Positions 54,803 through 64,000 of a DNA stretch of 64,000 bases are shown piece after piece. The stretch lies in contig NC_134034.1 of NCBI RefSeq assembly GCF_964204645.1, positions 11,544,962 to 11,608,961 on the forward strand, given 5' to 3'. Below the pieces are notes generated by a model that made no database searches, was not told the DNA's origin, and saw nothing but the letters and a program-made list of their open reading frames with translations. A program made the position numbers and the translations under genes. The first letter of the stretch is position 1, and each line of letters starts with the position of its first letter. Source of the stretch: Tubulanus polymorphus (taxonomy: Eukaryota > Animalia > Nemertea).

Positions 54803-57800
54803 TGAAGAACCACAGAACCACTCGAGCTCGATCCAGTTAAACGACGACACATTGAGATGTGATGGAATGCTAATAACACTCAATTTTCCTTATGTCGGAA
54901 AACATGCGAGCGCAAAAATCCACAAATCGCTCGGCCTCGAACGGCGCGGGCGTGTAATAAACTCCATTATAACAGTGATATTCGACCCAGGGGGATGAGT
55001 TTTTATCAGAACCATTAGAACCATAAGCGGCAGACGCCGAGCGAATCGACGAGATATTTCACTAGGAATCGCTGAAAATCCCTGACGATTCCCTCGACGC
55101 CGCGCGACCCCCCGTGATTAAACGCTATCGTTTCAAAACGCATTTTAAATCGAGTTTGGGAATTAATACATCGAAATAATACATCGAAATGCCGTAAATT
55201 GCGTAGAATTCATCTAAATAGAACAGTCATTAAATCGTAAATAGAATAGTTGAAGTTGTCGAGGCGAAAGTGTCGTTTCAGTAGATCTTGTATAAAACTG
55301 AGAGTCATCATCACTGACAGCTCAGCGTTCCTTCAGTATGCTGCAATGTTAAAAGGGCCGTATTATGACATCGTGGCTGCTGAACTAACAAGGCTTTCGA
55401 TCCACCCAAAAAACAGAGTTTAAGCTCGTAATGTTCTATTTGTCCACATCCACTCGATATATTTCAAAACAATTATCAGCATTGATAGAATATTGGCATC
55501 CACTCTGGTCGGGACAGCAGATATTTTATAAAGGGTTGGCTGACGATTTTAAAGAGGGGTGGTTGTGAAAATGAAAGAGGTGTGGCCGCCTCTCTAAAAC
55601 CTGTAGTGGATTGAGAACACTAGAATCGATAAGAGCTATATTTTCATAGCTGTTTCTCAAGCAGAACGAACGGACTAAACAGACTGACCGGACAGACGAC
55701 TATAATAGACTATAATGGACTAGACTAGGACGGTTGGTTATTACCCGTCTCTCAATAATAATACGCAATCATGTATGATTATGTGATTTTTGGTAGAGTG
55801 TCTTCACGCATGCGAAGATCTATAAACAGCCGATCGGTCGGTCCGGTTATCATTTCCCCCCCCCCCCCGGGTTCCTCCTGATCAAATCGACCGGTCTTCG
55901 TAAATCTGGGGTAAGTAGTCAGACTTAAGACCGGTCTAACACCGATTTAGTATCATAGCCAACATAACAACTTAAGACCAATCTTAAGATTCAAGACCAC
56001 TTTTGCAACTGTGCAACTGGGTCATTCTACACGGGGTATCGGGTTTTTAAGCTGATTTGAGTTTGACGAAAGCATTTTGGACCGCGTCCTTGAATTGGCC
56101 CGGCCTAGAATAGATACTTAAGCAGTTTAAACCACGTCCTTGAATTGGATTTTAGTATAGAACTAGAACAGATGTAATGTCATATAAAATCCGATAACTG
56201 GCTCTCAATCTGCGGGTGTCTGAGTCAGCAATCCGGATTTTTACTGAACCGCTACATAAAGAATCGGCGCTATATAAACACTGTATACTGTAATATCATC
56301 TGACATATGAGAGATGAGACGATGAGGGGGGAGTGGAGAGAAGGGAGAGAGTGAGAGGGGGTGAGAAGAGACAGAGTATGAAGATGAAGAGAGAGAGAGA
56401 GAGCAATTACATTATTCATAACCCAGCACCGGCGTGCGTAGTCGTTTGTGAGAGTGGTTAAAAATATATAGTTAAGAGTTTTTTTGAGTTGTACGTTCAA
56501 TATCTACAGGAAACTAGTGCACGCATGCACGCGTGCGTGCGGAAATAGGGTGGCTCCATGCTGCGTGTATTTTAGATTGAGTCTTACTATAAACATCAAC
56601 CCTTGCGTACTCTTAAACATCGACATATTTTTCCGGTTACGCATTATTTGCAATAAACCGAAGATGTTTTTTCGAGTCAAGATTCGACGAGATTTTCGCC
56701 TTGTTTTGAGGGTTCTAAAATCTATCGTAGTAATCAGCACGAGTCCATGGTCCAGTTTTTTATAGCAAAATCATGATTACTTACTTATGCGGAGCTTTCA
56801 TTTCCCCCAAAAATGGTCCTAAGACTGGTTGAAAGTTGTTATATTGGCTATAGAACTAAAATGGTCTTAGACTGGTCTTAAGTCTAAGCCTTGACTGTGA
56901 ATTAGCCCCGTCAATTGGTCACGTGACTTAAGTCCCAAGTGGTCTTAAATCTTAACACAGGTCTTAAGTTGGTAGATTTGCTAACGAACTTGAAGTTGGT
57001 CTCGGCCCGGTCTCAAATCTAAGCAACATGGCCCCAGGACTGAAGAAATCAAACTGGAGTCGTGTTTTTCACCAAATTTCTAAAATCAGAATTTTTTTGT
57101 TGGCAAAAGTTTGATTCATTGATTTTAGTCATTTTTGTTGTCACTGTAAAGATCAGATTTTTTTAGATCACGCAGTGGTGTTTGGCATGCCGTTGGTGTG
57201 AGAAGAGTAGATCGCAAACATTCTCTTTGCTCTCTCTCTCGGCAGACGGATTAATGCGTCGAGATAAGAGCTAAATAAACTCCGTTCCGACTGTTCAGAA
57301 AATACGGGCTGAGATTGAGCAAGAATCATAGGAAAAAATCGAGGGATTTTTCTATCAGGTTTTTTGTCCATATAGTCACAACTAACATCAGCAACAAGCC
57401 CGAAGACCATCTTAGTTCAAATTTCCAAGACCAGTCTAAGACCATCTTAGCCACTCTAACAACCTTACACCAATCTAAGCTCATTTTAGTTCTCTAAACA
57501 AGCTAACAGCTTAAGAACAGTTTAAGGTTATTTTGGTTCTATAGCCGATCTAACAACTTAACACCAGCCCAAGACCACCTTAGTTCTGCGAACAATGTTA
57601 CAAGATGCTACGACCACTTTTGGGCTTAGGCCTCAAATGGAACCGGCCGCAAAATCCAGATTTAAATCCAGTCCAAGCTCAGTTTACGTATCAAATAGAT
57701 ATCATAGAGGGGTATGTGGAGGTGGTGTTCATTTCCAAAAAAATTTCATTCATCAATCAGTCATGATGATGTCATAGGGGGATGATTAAGGATGGCAGCG

Positions 57801-58059
57801 AGAGCATGTTATATGTATTGCTGTGGCAAGTGAGTAACAGGATAATAATGAAGGAAATGGTGTTAAACGTTTAGAGAAATATAGCATTCATCAAGAGTTT
57901 TTAATGTCAGAAATATTTCTCCTCATAGAAAACAGGAATGATTCATTCATGAGATTTAAACGCTAGCAGATGAGACATAAGAGAGAGGGAGAGAGAGAGA
58001 GAGAGGGGAGAGAGAGAGAGAGAGAGAGGGGGAGAGAGGGAGGAGAGAGTGAGTGAGTA

Positions 58060-58100
<41 letters not shown>

Positions 58101-58484
58101 AAGAGCTACTCTTGATTCTTATCGATATAAAATATACAGGCATTTTTTCACAGTGAATTGCTGTTGATTTCTGACACGCGCACAAGCGCACGGCCCGCAC
58201 CCTGCACCCTGCAGCGTAGCTCGGCGAGAGGAGTTTATTTCTCACTGATTAAAACTAAAAAACACCGACCAAGGTTTATTCAATCAGTCATATATCAGTT
58301 CCCTCTCCCCAAAACGACCAGTCCAGATACTGAAATGAGGCCTATTAGAATCTTGTGTATATATGATAATAATTACATGTATACAGGATAATCATCTCAG
58401 ATACATACGCACATTACTAATAGAGGAATGTGCTGAATGAGTTTATTCAAATAACACTAACTTCCAACTTTAGATAACATAGAG

Positions 58485-59120
58485 ATAGAAAGAGGTGAGG
58501 GGGTGAGTGGAGGACAGAGTCGAGAGATGGGAGATAGGGAGGGAGAGAGGGAGAGAGGAGAGGAGAGAGGGAGAGGAGAGAGAGGGAGGAGAGGGGAGAG
58601 GGGAGAGGAGAGAGGGAGAGGTGAGAGAGGGAGGAGATAGGAGAGGGGAGAGGGGAGAGGGGAGAGGAGAGAGGAGAGGGGAGAGGGGAGAGGAGAGAGG
58701 GAGAGGTGAGAGAGGGAGGAGATAGGAGAGAGGGAGAGGAGAGGGAGGAGAGGGGAGAGGAGAGAGGGAGAGGAGAGGGAGGAGACAGGGGAGAGGAGAC
58801 AGGGGAGAGGAGAGAGGAGGGGGAGAGGAGAGAGGGAGAGGTGAGAGAGGGAGGAGAGGGGGAGAGGGGAGAGGAGAGGGAGAGGAGAGAGAGGGAGGAG
58901 ACAGGGGAGAGGAGAGGAGGGGGAGAGGAAGAGGGAGAGGTGAGAGAGGGAGGAGACAGGGGAGAGGAGAGAGGGGGAGAGGAGAGAGGGAGAGGTGAGA
59001 GAGGGAGGAGAGGAGAACAGAGGAGCAGAGGAAAGAGGAGAAAGAGGGGAGAGAAAAGGAGAGGGATCTAGAGAGAGAAGGGGAGAGGGGGATAGAGAGA
59101 GTGGAGAGGGAAAGAGAGAG
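58485..59120. repeat. GA-rich polypurine low-complexity tract
   Basis: GGAGAGGAGAGAGG-type repeats. Confidence 0.9.
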
Positions 59121-60553
59121 TGGATATAGGTAATATCAGAGACGTACAGACTGATGACTACACGCACGAACTGAGAGAAAGTTCAAGAATGTTTCAACAA
59201 GGTCATCTCTCTATCCGCCGCCGTACCTCCAGCCTCACAGTTTACAACACACCGTGATGAAAATAGTGCCGGCATTCAAAAAATAGCAGCAGAAACCGTG
59301 AAATATGAAATCAACGATAGACTATGTGAACGAAACGGAAATCATTGAGATAAATCTTGAGCTGTTTCATCCTCCTCAAGGAAACACATTGACTGTGAAC
59401 ATGTTTTTTTCCCCGTTAACTACTGTGCATAAGATCGTTAGCATTAAAGTTAATTAAGATAAGGTTAATGAAGTACTAAAACTGGCAGTAGTACTGGTAC
59501 ACTCTCTGCAGGAATGTATGCTTTGTCAACTTCATACAAAGAGTTTTAATATTGTTTATGTTGATCTAGTCAGGCCCCAAACTAATCATTCCTCATTCAG
59601 GTCAAATCATAAATTACCAGATAACATTTCATGAAACAACAGACAGCGCGACAGATAGGACACTAATTCAGTAGTTATCAGCCGCAACCGGAAACCGCTA
59701 CTGGCAGGTGAGGTCAAGGGTGCATCTAATTTCATCATCGGGCGAGCATTTATCCAAAACAATTCTTTCCTCTCAATCGCAAAAATACAACGGCAACAAA
59801 AAAGTGTTCAGGGGGGGGGGGGGCAGATCCAGGAACTCAGAATGCAGGGTCCTAAACTTTCTAGGCATAAAGAGGGACCCGAAAGGCAAGAAAAAGGGTT
59901 TCAGGGACTCCCCCTAAAAAATTTGAAAAAAAATGTATCATTTTCTGAGCGATTCTAAAACGAAATGACCCGCATAAAAAACCTGGGCAAAGAATAAAAT
60001 CCTAATTTCATTATCATCGCAATTTTGACTAGGCCTAGCGTTGAATAGAATAAGACGAATTCAAATATCTTCGTTAAATCTGTAGAATAAGATGAATTCA
60101 ATGAAATATCTTTCTTAAATCTATCTGCGTCGCTCACAGGGGCATTTCTGAAGTAAGGATACAGAATGTAGTACAACTGGATCTGGTATAAACAGCAGCG
60201 GTGCTGGTTTTTTTTTCTGTGAAGTAATGAATGAAATATTCTCGTTTCCTCGGTTTATAGTGAAACACATGCATAAAATAGTTTATAGCAGCAGCCGTTT
60301 ATACGCGAAGAGTGCTTCATACAGCGCGATGTATTATTGTCATCTCGAAATCGGATAACTTTATATTCTGATTTCCCGAGTGAAGCACGTTTTTAAATTG
60401 TTCGTAAAACTGGCTTCTGAATCCGTTGAGTTGTTACCGAATAACTGCGCCCTAAACAGGCTTTACGATTGGAGAGCTTTAACAACCATCGATGAAATAC
60501 TCCCTGAGAGATGATATAAAATCCCTGCAAAGATTTGAAAGAGTCTGAAATGT

Positions 60554-61780
60554 TTCCTTGAGCTAGTGTAGTTTATTCAACGTTTCGACTTTATCCTAAT
60601 AGTCATCTTCAGGAATACAGTATTCCTTGAGCTAGTGTAGTTTATTCAACGTTTCGACTATATTCTAATAGTCATCTTCAGGAATACTGTATTCCTTGAG
60701 CTAGTGTAGTTTATTCAACGTTTCGACTATATTCTAATAGTCATCTTCAGGAATACTGTATTCATTGAGCTAGTGTAGTTTATTCAACGTTTCGACTTTA
60801 TCCTAATAGTCATCTTCAGGAATACTGTATTCCTTGAGCTAGTAGCTTATTCAACGTTTCGACTATATCCTAATAGTCATCTTCAGGAATACTGTATTCC
60901 CTGAGCTAGTGTAGTTTATTCAATGTTTCGACTATATCCTAATAGTCATCTTCAGGAATACTGTATTCCTTGAGCTAGTGTAGTTTATTCAACGTTTCGA
61001 CTTTATCCTAATAGTCATCTTCAGGAATACTGTATTCCTTGAGCTAGTAGCTTATTCAACGTTTCGACTATATCCTAATAGTCATCTTCAGGAATACTGT
61101 ATTCCCTGAGCTAGTAGTTTATTCAACGTTGACTATATCCTAATAGTCATCTTCAGGAATACTGTATTCCTTGATCTAGTGTAGTTTATTCAATGTTTCG
61201 ACTATATTCTAATAGTCATCTTCAGGAATACTGTATTCCTTGAACTAGTGTAGTTTATTCAACGTTTCGACTTTATCCTAATAGTCATCTTCAGGAATAC
61301 TGTATTCCTTGAGCTAGTAGCTTATTCAACGTTTCGACTATATCCTAATAGTCATCTTCAGGAATACTGTATTCCCTGAGCTAGTGTAGTTTATTCAATG
61401 TTTCGACTATATTCTAATAGTCATCTTCAGGAATACTGTATTCCCTGAGCTAGTAGTTTATTCAACGTTGACTATATCCTAATAGTCATCTTCAGGAATA
61501 CTGTATTCCTTGATCTAGTGTAGTTTATTCAATGTTTCGACTATATTCTAATAGTCATCTTCAGGAATACTGTATTCCCTGAGCTAGTAGTCTATTCAAC
61601 GTTGACTATATCCTAATAGTCATCTTCAGGAATACTGTATTCCTTGATCTAGTGTAGTTTATTCAATGTTTCGACTATATTCTAATAGTCATCTTCAAGA
61701 ATACTGTATTCCTTGAGCTAGTAGTTAATTCAACGTTTCGACTATAACATTAAGTCATCTTCAGGAATACAGTATTCCTT
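60554..61780 (-). ncRNA. Tandem array (18 x ~68 nt) of minimal type I hammerhead ribozyme-like units
   Basis: Minus-strand unit UAUUC-CUGAAGA-U-GACUAU(UAGGAU)AUAGUC-GAAA-CG-UU-GAAUA: helix I, conserved core, helix II, palindromic ACGU helix III. Confidence 0.7.
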
Positions 61781-62887
61781 AGGATAATTAGGATTAAGTT
61801 AAGTTAAATAAACCACAGCATCAGGAAACCTTTTTCGAATACCCTATAGGCCCATTGGAACGCTTGAATTTTGATTCCGAAAAATATTTGAAACGAAAAC
61901 TATTTTTCGGGATAAAACTCGACCATGAACGACCGGGTCTCAGGCGTAAATATAGATATTCGTTTGCGTGAATATTTATTGATAATATTTGAGAGGTCGA
62001 TATAATAGGGACCCATGAGCCGCGAGATAAATATTGAAATATCGAAAAATAAACAAAACTCAAATCACGGGAAATTAAACTAGAATCGCGCGTGTCGTGT
62101 CATACAACAAATGGCTGGTGAATTTCTATGAGTAAAAATGACTTTAATTCGAAAATGCTGAATTTCTAGTAAAACCGTTTAAAATGTGGAATTTCTTGTT
62201 AAAACCATAAAATAGGTCTCTCGTTTTCTTAAGAGTTTCTATTCAACGTGTTTCTATTCCTGGCTTTTCTAAAAACCAACCAACACTTCGAAAACCGTAG
62301 CTCAAGGCTCCCATACTAATAATGGAACATGGTTCCTACAGATAATTTTTTACGGAGATGATTTCCAGAACTTTAGGGGTATTTTAGGGGCCTGAGGTTC
62401 AAAAGCCAGAATTTTAGGGTATTTCTTCCCTAAAAAATGGAATTCCGGAATTTTAGGGTATTTTAGGAATTTTAGGGGCTGTAGGAACCATGTGGAACTG
62501 CAGAAAGAATTTCTATGAATCAGAATTTTCCTTATTGTTTTTCTTAAAAACAGAAAAACTTCAAGAAGTTACGAGCGAAAACGTCAATGTACAGACAGTA
62601 TAGCGCGTACAGCGGTGAAGTATGAAATGGCACAGTGGCCTATTAAACCAGAACACAATAGATCAGGTCTCTCCTCTACCCTAGGCTAATTCAGTACAGA
62701 CATTTTTTTACCTCAACTATTTCCTTCCTAAAATAGAAGAGAGAAAATTTTAAACTACATACACAACGACGGCGTAGAGATCGTACTATAAGCGCAGCCA
62801 GACAACTGGCTTAAAAACTGTTTTTAACTATCTTTGTAAGAAAATTGGGCTCAGTCTAGTCTGATTATCCAGAATCAAATCTTAATC

Positions 62888-63425
62888 GAACCCACACAAC
62901 TGTGGAACCGGGTTCAAGGTGAAATCAAACCCACAACTGTGGAACTGGATCCAGAGTCAATTTAACCTACACAACTGTGGAACTGGATCCAGGGTCAAAT
63001 CAAACCCACACAACTGTGGAACTGGATCCAGAGTCAAACTAAACCCACAAAACTGTGGAACTGGGTTTAGAGTCAAATTAAACCCACACAACTGTGGAAC
63101 TGGATCCAGAGTCAAATCAAACCCACACAACTGTGGAACTGGGTCCAGAGTCAAACTAAATCCACAAAACTGTGGAACTGGGTTTAGAGTCAAATTAAAC
63201 CCACACAACTGTGGAACTGGATCTTGAATCAAATCAAATCCACATGAATGTGGAACCTCGATCCAGAGGCAAATTAAACCCAAACAACTGTGGAACTGGG
63301 TTCAGAGACAAATTGAACCCCCACAAATGTGGGACTGGACTCAACTGGAGACAATAAGCCACACAACTGTCAAATTAAACCCACGCGACTGTGGAACTGG
63401 GCTCGCCATACAACTGTGGAAGTGG
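62888..63425. repeat. 39-bp minisatellite derived from a family D MITE terminus
   Basis: AACCCACACAACTGTGGAACTGGATCCAGAGTCAAATTA-like units. Confidence 0.9.
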
Positions 63426-64000
63426 GGCGGATATTAAGCAGGGAATTCATGAGTAATTTATTCCGGGCAGTGAGTAGATAATTGTGGTGAAATTATCTGT
63501 GTTCATTTCCATTGATCTATGATATAATTAATAGATTAGCCTAGTGACTACAGAATTACACGCACACACACCAGTCAGTGAGAGAGAGCGGAGAGAGCAA
63601 CATTGTCAAATAGTTTCATCATGAGTAACAAAAGCAACTAAATTGACGAGTTCTAATAAAACCACATAAGGTCTTTGTCAACAAGAATTATTTATTGAAA
63701 TGCATATATTGGTTTTATCAACGTCGACACTAGAATGCTTTTATAGAATGCTTCTTAGTATCAATTATTAATAAGAAATCTTTGTAAGTCTTGTTGTCGT
63801 ATCGAATGGGGGTCTGTTTGTTTAACGATACCGGTATCAAATTTATGGAGAAGTGATGACTTATCCGACTCGCGGAGTCGTAGTTTATTGAACCCACATC
63901 TTGAGTCACCTGTGGGTCTTCCTAGAAATTGTATATTTTGGTTTTCCCCAATACGTTCCCGGAATGGAATAGAGTTGACCGAGCCTACAATATTTTTTAA

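Noticed and set aside
54012-54998. 328-aa ORF and antisense ORFs with ELGSESTV repeats (ice-nucleation or antifreeze-like look)
   Set aside because: Open frames are a by-product of a 24-bp minisatellite derived from a MITE end; open on both strands, no splice or coding context
58457-59167. Long S/P/L and E/R/G ORFs
   Set aside because: Low-complexity GA tract
60554-61780. CRISPR-like regular array
   Set aside because: Units are contiguous near-identical repeats with no unique spacers; eukaryotic context, no cas genes
53650-64000. Integrin exon 1 (signal peptide plus FNLD-like start)
   Set aside because: No matching minus-strand exon found by eye; presumed to lie beyond the window

Overview
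Intron-rich eukaryotic (invertebrate metazoan, probably spiralian; inference) genomic DNA with four protein-coding genes reconstructed exon by exon from GT-AG boundaries and frame continuity: (1) the 3' two-thirds of SF3B1 (+, 12 exons, 217-8141); (2) a 224-aa TEX12-like synaptonemal-complex gene (-, 11267-9621) that the ORF track mostly misses; (3) a Ral GTPase (+, 19364-23953) with two alternative last exons (CCNIQ vs polybasic-CTIL, KRAS4A/4B-like logic) and a candidate upstream first exon adding an N-terminal MGKLWQVLCGCF acylation leader; (4) a laminin-class (alphaPS1/mew, ITGA3/6/7-like) integrin alpha (-, 53491-33047, 20 exons, first exon not found in the window) with two candidate microexons. 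Introns are packed with Harbinger-type (CWG target) and piggyBac-type MITEs, MITE-derived minisatellites and tandem duplications that copy splice sites. The most unusual item is an 18-copy tandem array of a ~68-nt unit (60554-61780) whose minus strand reads as a minimal Penelope-type hammerhead ribozyme; the same motif sits in a 77-bp-arm palindromic insertion with a 12-bp target-site duplication at 13397-13637. All calls are by eye; no searches were run.
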